Program-made: the position numbers and the translations under genes
NCBI GenBank assembly: GCA_038216025.1
Contig: JBBQQK010000001.1
Span: forward strand, 1 to 48,334
Direction of reading: 5' to 3'
Source of the DNA: Patescibacteria group bacterium
GTDB lineage: Bacteria; Patescibacteriota; UBA1384; XYA2-FULL-43-10; 1-14-0-10-43-13
DNA length: 48,334 bases
Notes under the pieces: model-generated
Seen by the model: only the letters and a program-made list of their open reading frames with translations
Told to the model about the DNA's origin: nothing
The model's database searches: none
Shown here: positions 1 to 9,373 of the stretch, in pieces
Position numbering within the stretch: the first letter of the stretch is position 1
Layout: the number at the start of each line of letters is the position of its first letter

Positions 1-1
1 C

Positions 2-232
2 GGTATTAGTTCGGATAGTATCGAACTAACCAAATTCACACTCAATCCAACGCCTCAGCCCGTTGAGCCGTTGAAACCTGAACCGTACAATTATTTCAAT
101 CGGATGACGATAGGGGGAGGAGTTGCCGTATTGATTTTGATCGTAATATTGGTTTGGGTGGATTTACTAAGGCGCAAGAGAAAGACACTTGAACCTCATC
201 TAGCCTCTCCTTTGAAAGTAGAGGAACTTTAG
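2..232 (+). CDS. 3' end of an ORF that runs off the left edge; the C-terminal hydrophobic helix is followed by a basic RRKRK patch
   Basis: Frame 2 is open from the window edge to TAG at 230-232. The translation ends ...NRMTIGGGVAVLILIVILVWVDLLRRKRKTLEPHLASPLKVEEL. No family recognised. Confidence 0.4.
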   Translation, partial: GISSDSIELTKFTLNPTPQPVEPLKPEPYNYFNRMTIGGGVAVLILIVILVWVDLLRRKRKTLEPHLASPLKVEEL

Positions 233-306
233 GGTGCTGGAATTATGCAGTGAATCGTATTATAATTGAAGTATAATTTAGCGAGGGGCTGTTTTATCAG
301 CAATAA

Positions 307-1554
307 ATGTTTAAGCTTTTAAAAAATACTAAAAACTACGCCATAGCTCTTGATATTGGAACGGAATTTGTCAAAGTGCTAGTTTTCAAAATTGTGGGAG
401 ATAAGGCGCACGTTATTGCATCCGCAAAGCAGAGGCAGAGGCTTTCTGATATGCAGGGCGGTAGAGTAACAGATATTTCAGGCGTTATTCACAATTGTGA
501 ATTGGCTTTAGAAAAAGTTTTTGAGCAAGCTAAGGTTTCTCCAAAACAGTGTATTATCGGAATTGCTGGAGAGCTAGTAAAAGGAACAACAACGAATGTT
601 CATTATAAGCGCGAAAATACCGAGGAGCGTATTACAGTTCAGGAATTGAAAGAGATCATAGAGCAAGTACAAGAAAAATCCTTTGAAAAAGTTAGAACAG
701 AGTTGGCTTGGGAGACAGGACACTCTGAGATAGACGTAAGACTGGTCAACTCTGCTGTAGTTGATGTAAAAATCGATGGATACAGAGTAACAAACCCTGT
801 TGGTTTTCAAGGTAGGGATGTGCATGTTGGAATATTCAATGCTTTTGCTCCTATTGTCCACTTGGGGGCTTTGCAGGCTATAGCCGATGGTTTGGGTCTC
901 GAGTTGCTATCGATAGCAGCTGAACCGTACGCTGTTGCCAAATCTGTAGGTTTGGAGGATAGTTCCGAGTTTTCAGCGATCTTTATAGATATTGGCGGCG
1001 GAACTTCCGATATCGCCGTTGTCCGAAACGGTGGGCTAGAAGGTACTAGAATGTTCGCAATCGGAGGCAGAGTATTTACTAAATCAATTGCTGATGTTTT
1101 TGACTTAAGCTTTGCTGAGGCTGAGAAGCTAAAAATTGACTATTCGAACGGAAAGTTGGACGAAAAGCCAAAAATAAAAGAGCGTATTTCCAGAGCGTTG
1201 AAAAATGACTGCGAAGTCTGGCTTTCGGGCGTTGAACTTGCGCTTGAAGAATTTTCGAATGTTGATTTATTGCCTTCTCGAATATTGCTTTGCGGGGGCG
1301 GCTCCCTGTTGCCAGATATTACTAAATATCTTGAAACAAAAAATTGGGTGAAAAGGTTACCTTTCGCAAAACAGCCAAAAGTTGCACACATAGGACCAAG
1401 GGATGTAAATAATGTAGTAGATGAAACGAAAAAGCTCTCTGGCGCTCAGGACGTAACGCCTATGGGTCTTGCTAATCTTGCAATTGATTTGGCGGGTGAC
1501 CCTGAATTGGTAGACGGATTACTGGACAAGATTGCAAGCAGTCTCAGAGCATAA
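307..1554 (+). CDS. ftsA: Cell-division actin-like ATPase FtsA (FtsA/PilM family)
   Basis: 415-aa ORF with actin/HSP70-fold ATPase motifs: AIALDIGTEFVKV (phosphate 1), FIDIGGGTSDIAV (phosphate 2) and LCGGGSLLP (adenosine). It lies next to other cell-envelope genes. Confidence 0.8.
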   Translation: MFKLLKNTKNYAIALDIGTEFVKVLVFKIVGDKAHVIASAKQRQRLSDMQGGRVTDISGVIHNCELALEKVFEQAKVSPKQCIIGIAGELVKGTTTNVHYKRENTEERITVQELKEIIEQVQEKSFEKVRTELAWETGHSEIDVRLVNSAVVDVKIDGYRVTNPVGFQGRDVHVGIFNAFAPIVHLGALQAIADGLGLELLSIAAEPYAVAKSVGLEDSSEFSAIFIDIGGGTSDIAVVRNGGLEGTRMFAIGGRVFTKSIADVFDLSFAEAEKLKIDYSNGKLDEKPKIKERISRALKNDCEVWLSGVELALEEFSNVDLLPSRILLCGGGSLLPDITKYLETKNWVKRLPFAKQPKVAHIGPRDVNNVVDETKKLSGAQDVTPMGLANLAIDLAGDPELVDGLLDKIASSLRA

Positions 1555-1623
1555 TTAATTATTTTTCAACGTTCCATGTTTTTTATATCTTGTTATAAGT
1601 GCGCTTCGCTTTCTTTTAACGCT

Positions 1624-1651
1624 TTGTGTTTTCTTTATATTTTGTTATAAT
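1624..1651 (+). promoter_or_regulatory. Putative sigma-70 promoter with TTGTGT at -35, a 16-nt spacer and an extended -10 TGTTATAAT. It ends 6 nt before the ATG at 1658, which implies a leaderless mRNA
   Basis: Read directly: ttgtgt at 1624-1629 and tgttataat at 1643-1651. No Shine-Dalgarno sequence lies between the -10 element and the ATG. Confidence 0.35.
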
Positions 1652-1657
1652 AACATT

Positions 1658-3448
1658 ATGTATGAAGTAATATATTTAGAGCCAGATGCTGAGATAACCT
1701 CAGTAATTAATCGTCTGAAGAAAAATGAAAAAGACGCTATTGCTTTAGTTGTACCAAGAGGTGCTACTTTGGCTCAAAGTATAGTTAATTTGAAATTGCT
1801 AAAAAGAAGCGCCGAGGAAATAGGCAAGCATATATCTATTATTTCGACTGACAAAATAAGCCGTAATCTTGCGTCCCAGATCGGTCTTACTGTGTTCGCC
1901 AAAGCCTCTGAGGCTGAGAAAGCAGAGATAGATCCCGATGAATTAAGCTATGCAGTAAAAGGGATTAAAGTTAACAATTATTACAACAAGAAAATATCAC
2001 AGGATGAATCTGATGTTGAGGAAGACTTGGAAGAAGATGATGAAATCAACTCTTTGGACGAGCACGAAGATGACGAAGAAAAAGAATTGAAAGCTGCTGT
2101 AAGAAAGGGAATCGAAGAAGATCGTCTATCTGCCGAAGAAGACATCGAAGAAGCACCTGTACAACCGGATAATGATCAGATTGCTCGCAAAAGCAAGCCT
2201 TCTTCGGATAAGATTAGCCTAGCAGAGAGTAAGAAAGATGATAAATTCGATAGAAAAGAAGACAATAAAGATCTCGAGGGAAAGATGAGCAAGAAGCGAA
2301 AAGTATTTTTCTCGATTTTGGCATTGTTGATAGTGGCAGTATTGGGGGTTGGCTACGTTTTTATTCCCATTGCTGAAGCAGAGGTTGTGATGAAGACTGA
2401 AGATGTTAAATTTGAAAAGCAGTTCACCGTTGATAAAAATGCAAATGAAGTTAACGCCGAAAAATTGATAATCCCGGGTAAAATTATTGAATCGCAAAAG
2501 GAATTGTCTGAAACGTTCAACGCAACTGGTAAAAAAGACCTTGGAACAAAAGCAACGGGAAAAATAACGGTCTCTAATTCTTATAATACAAACTCCTTTG
2601 TCTTACCTAAGGGGTCAAAATTTTCTTCCTTAGGGAAAATATTCATCAGCAACGCAGACGTTTCGGTTCCGGGTTTTACCGCTACTACTGTCCCTGTGTT
2701 GGATATCAAGCCAGGGACTGTTGAGATAAGTGTAATAGCGGAAAGTAGCGGCGATGCATACAATATTGAGGCTTCAAGCTTTTCGCTGATAGGCTTGTCA
2801 TTAGATAAGCAGAAAGCAATAACGGGGAAATCTTCTGCTCCCATGACCGGAGGTTTGTCCAAGCAGATAAATGTGATACAGGATAGTGACTTAACGGCCG
2901 CAGAGAAATCCTTGTTGGATCAGACTAAAAAACTCCAGACAGAAGTTATCAATAAGGCCAAAGACGAAAATTTAGTTGTATTCGAAGACGAAATAAAAAG
3001 AGAAATAATAACCTCTGGCTCTGATAAAAAAGAGGGAGACGAAGCAGACACCTTTAATTATGTGGTAAGCATCAAGTTTTTCATCTTAGGCTATTATAGT
3101 AAAGATTTGACCCAAGTTGTGGGAAGCAGTTTGCAATCAATCGTGGGCGAAGGCAAAATGTTAATCAATCCAGAGCAAGTCAATCCTGTTGCAGAATTGA
3201 TCTCAAGCGATATTGATAGCGGTGTCATGAGTGTGAAAGCTGTTGGTAAATATAAAGTGGGTAACGAATTGTCTAAGGATGAAATAATTACCAAGATAAA
3301 AGGTAAAAAGATTGGGAGTGCAAGAATCGCAGCGGAGAGTATCGAAGGAGTTTATTCCGCAAAAATAATTTTGAAGCCTTCAGTTTTTAGACAGGTTCCT
3401 TACATAAAAAATAGGATCAACGTTAATTTTGGTTTTGCGAGCGAGTGA
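1658..3448 (+). CDS. Conserved-hypothetical bitopic membrane protein with four parts: a small N-terminal cytoplasmic module, an acidic linker, one TM helix and a large beta-rich ectodomain (possibly Baseplate_J/gp47-like)
   Basis: 596-aa ORF with a D/E-rich stretch at roughly nt 1994-2288 and the TM segment VFFSILALLIVAVLGVGYVFIPI. The ectodomain motifs ATGKITVSNSYN and GTVEISVIAESSGDAYNIEAS resemble Baseplate_J-like proteins from memory. The stop overlaps the ruvX start (TGATG). Confidence 0.6.
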   Translation: MYEVIYLEPDAEITSVINRLKKNEKDAIALVVPRGATLAQSIVNLKLLKRSAEEIGKHISIISTDKISRNLASQIGLTVFAKASEAEKAEIDPDELSYAVKGIKVNNYYNKKISQDESDVEEDLEEDDEINSLDEHEDDEEKELKAAVRKGIEEDRLSAEEDIEEAPVQPDNDQIARKSKPSSDKISLAESKKDDKFDRKEDNKDLEGKMSKKRKVFFSILALLIVAVLGVGYVFIPIAEAEVVMKTEDVKFEKQFTVDKNANEVNAEKLIIPGKIIESQKELSETFNATGKKDLGTKATGKITVSNSYNTNSFVLPKGSKFSSLGKIFISNADVSVPGFTATTVPVLDIKPGTVEISVIAESSGDAYNIEASSFSLIGLSLDKQKAITGKSSAPMTGGLSKQINVIQDSDLTAAEKSLLDQTKKLQTEVINKAKDENLVVFEDEIKREIITSGSDKKEGDEADTFNYVVSIKFFILGYYSKDLTQVVGSSLQSIVGEGKMLINPEQVNPVAELISSDIDSGVMSVKAVGKYKVGNELSKDEIITKIKGKKIGSARIAAESIEGVYSAKIILKPSVFRQVPYIKNRINVNFGFASE

Positions 3449-3843
3449 TGTATTTAGGAATTGATTATGGTAAAAAGAGAATTGGTTTGGCTGTAGGCAG
3501 CGTGATTCCTCGTTCGGCCGGAGTAATCGAAAATACTGGTTATAAAAATGTAATTATAAAATTATCAAAGCTTGTTGAAATACATGCAATTGACAAAATA
3601 ATCCTTGGCTTGCCCATAAGATCTAGTGGTGACGAAGGACAATTGGCAGTAGAGATCAGAGAATTAGCGAAGATGATAGTTTCGGACTTGAAAATACCCG
3701 TAGAGTATGAAGAAGAACAATATACTTCTACTGAGGCAGAGCGAATATTGATTGAAAATAAAAGCCAAAAAGGTCTAAAAGATATTACTACTGACGAATT
3801 GGCGGCAATACTAATATTAGAACAATATTTAAAAAACAAATAG
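3448..3843 (+). CDS. ruvX: Putative pre-16S rRNA nuclease / Holliday-junction resolvase-like protein YqgF (RuvX)
   Basis: The N-terminus MYLGIDYGKKRIGLAVGS is the YqgF signature, and the size is about 131 aa. The ATG at 3448 overlaps the upstream TGA. The ORF track starts one codon earlier, at a GTG at 3445. Confidence 0.8.
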   Translation: MYLGIDYGKKRIGLAVGSVIPRSAGVIENTGYKNVIIKLSKLVEIHAIDKIILGLPIRSSGDEGQLAVEIRELAKMIVSDLKIPVEYEEEQYTSTEAERILIENKSQKGLKDITTDELAAILILEQYLKNK

Positions 3844-3866
3844 GGTGGTTTGCTAGGAGTCGAATA

Positions 3867-4841
3867 GTGTCTTTTAAAATCAAAATTTTGTTGATAATAA
3901 TATTAATCATATTCCTCGGCCTGTTCTCGGGATATTTTTATTTTAACAAGCAAATAAATAAAGCTAACTCTGATTCCGTCTCAACTGTTATTGTTGAAGT
4001 GAAATCCGGGACGGTAGAGAGCGTGGGCAAATCACTCAAGGAAAAAGGTCTGCTTGATTCAATTTTGGCTTTCGATCTTTATTCACGAATAGTGCAAAAA
4101 AGCGTTTACACTGGCTATTACCAGTTGCCCAAAAACATGTCCCCTAAGCAACTATTCGATGCCTTGAGTAAAGAGGACTATAAGGTTTATAAAGTTACAA
4201 TTTACGAAGGATATAGGTCCGAACAAATAGCTCAAAAACTTGATGAAGCCGGAATAACTAATTATGCTGAGTTTCTGGCTGAGGCAAAGAAGAATGAAGG
4301 TTATTTGTTTCCTGATACATATTTCTTTAAGAGAGGAATGAGCGCCCAGCTCATAACGAAGGTAATGAAGGATAATTTCACTAAAAATGTAGCAGGGTTG
4401 GCTGTTCCCAGAGAAAAGATTATTCTGGCTTCAATAGTAGAAAGAGAAACCGCTGGTGAAGATAGGGCGACGATCGCCGGGATATATCAAAATAGGATTA
4501 ATATCAAAATGAAGCTTGATGCTGATCCAACCGTTCAGTATGCTAAAGATACCAATGAGATAAAAAAGTTGGCTGGTCAAGACCGGGAATTGTTAGAATT
4601 CAAGTTTTGGAAATCTATTACATCAAAAGATTATTACGCCACTGAATCGGATTATAATACTTACAAAAATACCGGCTTGCCTCCAGGCCCGATTTGTAAT
4701 CCGGGGTTGAATAGCATTAAGGCAGCCTTGAATCCGGAAGATAATGGATACATTTTCTTTTTTCACGTAAAAGGTCAGATATACCCTAGTAAGAATTTAG
4801 AAGAACATAATACGCTCAAGCAGAAATATCTATACAATTGA
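3867..4841 (+). CDS. mltG: Endolytic murein transglycosylase MltG (YceG-like)
   Basis: N-terminal TM helix, then ILASIVERETAGEDRATIAGIYQNRI, LDADPTVQYA and YNTYKNTGLPPGPICNPG, which are typical YceG/MltG motifs. GTG start with AGGAG 8 nt upstream. Confidence 0.85.
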   Translation: MSFKIKILLIIILIIFLGLFSGYFYFNKQINKANSDSVSTVIVEVKSGTVESVGKSLKEKGLLDSILAFDLYSRIVQKSVYTGYYQLPKNMSPKQLFDALSKEDYKVYKVTIYEGYRSEQIAQKLDEAGITNYAEFLAEAKKNEGYLFPDTYFFKRGMSAQLITKVMKDNFTKNVAGLAVPREKIILASIVERETAGEDRATIAGIYQNRINIKMKLDADPTVQYAKDTNEIKKLAGQDRELLEFKFWKSITSKDYYATESDYNTYKNTGLPPGPICNPGLNSIKAALNPEDNGYIFFFHVKGQIYPSKNLEEHNTLKQKYLYN

Positions 4842-4908
4842 GTTCGTCAACCTTGGGCTATGATTTCGAAAGCTTTCAGCTCGAGTTCAGTGCTTCTGGA
4901 AAAGTTGG

Positions 4909-4937
4909 GTTGATTTTAACAGAACTTTCATTTAGAC
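4909..4937 (+). promoter_or_regulatory. Weak candidate promoter for mreB (TTGATT, 17-nt spacer, TAGACT)
   Basis: Hexamers read by eye in the 116-bp mltG-mreB spacer. Confidence 0.2.
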
Positions 4938-4960
4938 TAGCAATGAATTAGGAGTTTTTG

Positions 4961-6013
4961 ATGAAAAATCCGTTAAGCTTTTTATTTAATAAATTTTCTC
5001 ATGATATCGGTATTGATTTGGGCACCGCTAATACTTTAGTGTATGTAAAAGGTCAAGGAATAGCGATCAGAGAACCTTCTGTCGTTGCGGTTAATAAAAG
5101 AACGAAAGAAATCCTAGCAATCGGCCAAGAGGCGAAAAGGATGGTCGGCAAAACGCCTGCCCATATTGTTGCTATTAGACCTTTGGTTGATGGGGTTATT
5201 TCTGATTTTGAAATAACAGAGCAAATGCTCCGTTATTTTTTTGATAGAGTACATCGTGAGAAATTCACATTATTTCCACGCCCAAGAGTTGTAATTGGTA
5301 TACCGCATAGCGTTACCGAGGTTGAAAGAAGGGCTGTAGAAGAAGGCGCTATAAATGCCGGCGCTCGGGAGGTGTATTTAATTGAGGAGCCTGTGGCTGC
5401 CGCTATAGGGGCAAGGCTGCCAATTCAGGATGCTTCCGGAAGCATGATCGTAGATATTGGCGGAGGGACGACTGAAGTGGCTGTAATGTCTTTAGGGGGA
5501 GTGGTCGCCTCCAGATCTTTGAGAATCGCCGGGGATGAAATGAATGATGATATTATTCAATACGCTAGAGATAAATTTAATTTACTGCTTGGTGAAAGAA
5601 CGGCTGAGGAGATAAAAATAAAAATTGGCAGTGCCATCAGTTTAAAAGATAAGCTTGAGGCGCCCATGAGAGGAAGGGATCTTGTTTCCGGTCTGCCCAA
5701 AGAGATAATAGTGAATAATGATCAAATAAGAGAAGCCATCAAGAAATCAACGAATGCTATTGTGGAAAGCGTAAAAGCAACTCTTGAGGAAACTCCTCCT
5801 GAATTGCTTGCAGATATTATGGATAGGGGGATTGTTCTTGCAGGCGGCGGCGCTCTCCTTAAGGGATTAGACCAGTTAATATCGATGGAGACACAAACTC
5901 AAGTACATATTGCAGATGACCCGTTGACTGCAGTTGCGCGAGGCACCGGCATTGTACTAGAGGATCTAGACCTTTTGTCTGAGGTGCTTCTTCCAAAAGA
6001 GTTTAATAAATAA
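4961..6013 (+). CDS. mreB: Rod-shape-determining actin homologue MreB
   Basis: DIGIDLGTANTLVYV, LIEEPVAAAIGA, IVDIGGGTTEVAV and VLAGGGALLKGLD are canonical MreB motifs. AGGAG lies 6 nt before the ATG at 4961. Confidence 0.95.
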   Translation: MKNPLSFLFNKFSHDIGIDLGTANTLVYVKGQGIAIREPSVVAVNKRTKEILAIGQEAKRMVGKTPAHIVAIRPLVDGVISDFEITEQMLRYFFDRVHREKFTLFPRPRVVIGIPHSVTEVERRAVEEGAINAGAREVYLIEEPVAAAIGARLPIQDASGSMIVDIGGGTTEVAVMSLGGVVASRSLRIAGDEMNDDIIQYARDKFNLLLGERTAEEIKIKIGSAISLKDKLEAPMRGRDLVSGLPKEIIVNNDQIREAIKKSTNAIVESVKATLEETPPELLADIMDRGIVLAGGGALLKGLDQLISMETQTQVHIADDPLTAVARGTGIVLEDLDLLSEVLLPKEFNK

Positions 6014-6018
6014 GGTTA

Positions 6019-6795
6019 ATGAAAAGAAATAATTTAATCATTCTATCTTCAATTATTATCTTCCTTTTGATATTCCTTCCCATGTTTAGCAAAAAGTTGA
6101 GGACCCACGCTTTCGGTTTTACGACAGGAATGCAAGAATTTTTAAGCTCAACAGGAATTCGTTCCAACAGAACTTTTCATTTCTTTTTTGCTGTGTCTGA
6201 TATAAAAAAGCAAAACGAGGAATTGTCTAAAAAAATTACAGAATTACAGGTGGACAGCAGTAAAATTTCAGAGCTTGAATATGAGAACATGCTTTTAAAA
6301 AAAGAACTCGGATTCGCAGAAGCGAATAAAGATCTCGATATGATACCAGCTAGAATAATCGGTCGCGATCCAATAAGTTTTTTAGACTATGTGATCGTTG
6401 ACAAGGGGAAAGATGATGGAGTATCTGAGAAAGATGCTGTGGTTTCGAATGGGGCATTGATTGGCCAAGTAAAAGAAGCATTCTCAAAAACCTCGAAAAT
6501 AACACTTATTACTAGCAAGAATTCCACGATATTGGCCATGTTTCAAAATAGCCGTGCTCAAGGAATTTTAAGAGGAGGTTTATCCGGTCTGGTTCTTGAG
6601 GATATAGCTCAAGATTTCGATTTAAAAATTGGAAGCAATATAATAACTTCAGGATTAGAGGGTGAAATTTCCCAAGGGATTTTAATAGGAAGGGCCGGCC
6701 TTTTGAAGTCATCGTCGGCAGACCTATTTAAGGCCATATCGGTCGAACCTGCAGTTGACTTATCAAAATTAGAGGTTGTTTTTATAAGAAAATGA
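6019..6795 (+). CDS. mreC: Rod-shape protein MreC
   Basis: N-terminal TM helix, a coiled-coil (QNEELSKKITELQ) and a beta-rich C-terminus (PARIIGRDP..., VVSNGALIGQV). It lies directly after mreB. Confidence 0.8.
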   Translation: MKRNNLIILSSIIIFLLIFLPMFSKKLRTHAFGFTTGMQEFLSSTGIRSNRTFHFFFAVSDIKKQNEELSKKITELQVDSSKISELEYENMLLKKELGFAEANKDLDMIPARIIGRDPISFLDYVIVDKGKDDGVSEKDAVVSNGALIGQVKEAFSKTSKITLITSKNSTILAMFQNSRAQGILRGGLSGLVLEDIAQDFDLKIGSNIITSGLEGEISQGILIGRAGLLKSSSADLFKAISVEPAVDLSKLEVVFIRK

Positions 6796-7286
6796 ACAAT
6801 AAATTAAAATTAGTCGTGCTCTTTGTTTTATCGTTTGCATTGACGATTCTTGATACATCTTTTTTTTCTTTTGTAATGATAAAAGAGGCTCAAATTATCT
6901 CAACTTATTTGGTGCTTGTGATTTTTGCCATTAAAGCTGATAACCGTTTTTTTGAATTCTCCACTTTCTGCGCTGTGATGTTCTCTGTGTTTTCATCTTT
7001 ACCCGTTTGGCTAATTTTGGTTAATTTTTGTTTATTGCCAAGCTTGTTTTACTACTTCAGGCAAAAATTTTTGCCTGAGCCATCCGTGTTCTCGTCTTTT
7101 TTATATTTCGTTAGCGCCGCCTTTTTCTTCGAATTGTTCTTATTGATTTATGTCGATCAGTTGGACGCTTACGGAGCCACAATCATGGGGTCGTTCGTAC
7201 TTATAAATGCGATTGCGGGGTCGCTAATCTACCTATTGCAGAAGCACTATCAAAAACTCATAAGGAAACCAGAGATTAAACTTTAA
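6792..7286 (+). CDS. mreD: Rod-shape protein MreD (polytopic membrane protein)
   Basis: 164-aa all-hydrophobic ORF. ATGA overlap with mreC, and PBP2 follows. The call rests mostly on position. Confidence 0.55.
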   Translation: MNNKLKLVVLFVLSFALTILDTSFFSFVMIKEAQIISTYLVLVIFAIKADNRFFEFSTFCAVMFSVFSSLPVWLILVNFCLLPSLFYYFRQKFLPEPSVFSSFLYFVSAAFFFELFLLIYVDQLDAYGATIMGSFVLINAIAGSLIYLLQKHYQKLIRKPEIKL

Positions 7287-7287
7287 T

Positions 7288-9234
7288 ATGGATATATTCG
7301 GAAATTTCACAAGGTTAAGAGGTGACAACAAAAGGAGAAGAGTTAAGAAAAATTCTTCTTTTGATTTTACTTTTTCTGATATAAGCACCCCTAATTCTAT
7401 CGGTGAAGTACAAGAAGCCGACAAGACATATTTCTCGTTGTTGTTGGCAAAATCCTTAGTGGTCCTGGTTTTTTGCGTTTTGGTTTTTAAGTTGTTTTTA
7501 TTGCAGGCTGTTCAAGGTAAGTTTAACGAGCGTTTGGCTGAAAGTAACAGGGTTCATCCTAGAGTCGTCGAAGCCAAGAGGGGCGTCATCACAGATAAAA
7601 ATGGACAGTGGCTGGCAAGAAATAAACCCAGTTTTTCGTTGGCCATCTACCCTGCGGATCTTCCAAAAAAAGAATCAGAGAGAACGAATGTTTATTCAAA
7701 ACTTTCCGAGTTTATAGGAGAACCCATTGAAGAGATTAAAAAAACAGCAGAGGCAAACAATTTAACATCCTTGTATCAGGTCAGCATAAAAGAAAACATA
7801 CCCCATGATCAAGCTTTAGTACTGGAGAAGAAAATTGTTGAGTTGCCGGGGGTTTTTATGGCCAAAGAAGCTATCCGCGATTATGCTATCCTGCCCGGAG
7901 TTAGCCATGTAATAGGTTATACGGGAAAAGTCTCCTTTGATGATTTGGAACAGAATCCCGAATACCTGATGTCTGACAAAATTGGAAAAAATGGCATAGA
8001 GTATAGCTATGAATCAAGTTTAAAAGGAAATAACGGCATTGAAGAAGTTGAAGTTGATTCTAAAGGGACTATTATTAGGGTTCTTATTGAAGATAAGAAC
8101 AGGCAGCCGGATCCTGGCAATGATCTGACTTTATATTTAGACAGTAATTTGCAAAAAAAAGCGGCCGAATCTTTAATGAATGGTATAAATGAGGCTCGTA
8201 AGACGGTTGGAGAAGATCAGGTTCATGCTGGCGTGGCGGCGGTAATGGATGTCAGGTCAGGCGGAATATTGGCAATGGTCTCACTTCCCGATTATGATTT
8301 GAATCTGTTTGCTGGCAGAATAAGCAACAGCCAGTATAAAACTCTATCGAATGATAAAAACCTCCCTATGTTTAATCGATCCATAAAAGGAGCATATCCT
8401 CCTGGGTCTATTGTGAAAATTGTAATGGCTGCAGCGGGATTAGAAGAGGGCAATATTACGTCTTCTACTTCTATCATCACACCTTCGGCTATTAAAATTG
8501 GCGATTATGTGTTCCCAGACTGGAAGGATCACAGCTATGAATCGACCAACGTAGAAAGGGCTATTGCAGAATCGAATAATATTTTCTTTTATGCTCTTGG
8601 TGGCGGATTCGATAAGATAAAGGGGCTGGGGATTGAAAAAATTAAAAAATATTGGGAGATGTTTGGTTTGGGAAAGCCAACTGGAATTGATTTGCCGGGC
8701 GAAGCGGGCGGCCTACTACCGGATCCTGAATGGAAGCAAAAAGCAAAAAAGGAGCCATGGTATCTAGGCGACACTTATCATGTTTCGATTGGTCAGGGCG
8801 ATTTGCTTGTGACACCAATGCAAATGTTGAAGGTAACTGCCGCAATTGCTAACGGCGGTAAACTGTTACAGCCCCAAATGGTGCATAAAATAACAAATCA
8901 AAAAGGAGAGGTGCAAACTGAATTCGGCCCTCGAATAGAAAGGGACAATTTTATTTCTGCTGATGTTATTAAAGTCATACAGGAGGGCATGCGACTCACC
9001 ATTACTGAGGGTTCTGCCCGTAATCTAAATGATTTGCCTGTGAAAGCGGCGGGAAAAACCGGAACTGCGCAGTTCTTAAATAATCAAAAAACACATGCTT
9101 GGTTCGAGGGATACGCACCGTATGATGATCCAGAGATCGCGGTAATAGTGATGGTTGAAGGTGGTGGCGGAGGACATGAGATTGCCGCTCCAGTGGCCAA
9201 AGAGATATTACAGTATTATTTTGGCAATAGGTAA
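7288..9234 (+). CDS. mrdA: Penicillin-binding protein 2 (elongasome class B transpeptidase)
   Basis: N-terminal TM helix, a PBP dimerisation region, and the transpeptidase motifs SIVK (SxxK), SNN (SxN) and KTGTAQ (KTG). Confidence 0.9.
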   Translation: MDIFGNFTRLRGDNKRRRVKKNSSFDFTFSDISTPNSIGEVQEADKTYFSLLLAKSLVVLVFCVLVFKLFLLQAVQGKFNERLAESNRVHPRVVEAKRGVITDKNGQWLARNKPSFSLAIYPADLPKKESERTNVYSKLSEFIGEPIEEIKKTAEANNLTSLYQVSIKENIPHDQALVLEKKIVELPGVFMAKEAIRDYAILPGVSHVIGYTGKVSFDDLEQNPEYLMSDKIGKNGIEYSYESSLKGNNGIEEVEVDSKGTIIRVLIEDKNRQPDPGNDLTLYLDSNLQKKAAESLMNGINEARKTVGEDQVHAGVAAVMDVRSGGILAMVSLPDYDLNLFAGRISNSQYKTLSNDKNLPMFNRSIKGAYPPGSIVKIVMAAAGLEEGNITSSTSIITPSAIKIGDYVFPDWKDHSYESTNVERAIAESNNIFFYALGGGFDKIKGLGIEKIKKYWEMFGLGKPTGIDLPGEAGGLLPDPEWKQKAKKEPWYLGDTYHVSIGQGDLLVTPMQMLKVTAAIANGGKLLQPQMVHKITNQKGEVQTEFGPRIERDNFISADVIKVIQEGMRLTITEGSARNLNDLPVKAAGKTGTAQFLNNQKTHAWFEGYAPYDDPEIAVIVMVEGGGGGHEIAAPVAKEILQYYFGNR

Positions 9235-9256
9235 GTATATTTTGATAAATAAACAA

Positions 9257-9285
9257 TTGACATCTCTTCCAAAGTGGATTATTTT
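9257..9285 (+). promoter_or_regulatory. Candidate promoter for greA (TTGACA, 17-nt spacer, TATTTT)
   Basis: Perfect -35 hexamer at 9257-9262; the -10 is weak. Confidence 0.3.
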
Positions 9286-9373
9286 ATGCTAAATTAGTAT
9301 TTGTTAGAGAAGATAATTAGTTGCGATTGCAGCCTTGAAGCAAGAGGCGCAATTTTTTTGGGAAGGACCAACG

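Noticed and set aside
9335-9373. Long N-terminal extensions in the ORF track starting at TTG/GTG codons: greA 9335, lysS 9936, gap 43196, DUF1653 46504, and the small ORF at 31479
   Set aside because: In each case an internal ATG has a GGAG-type RBS at correct spacing, and the protein then begins at the family-typical N-terminus. The extensions are most likely not translated.
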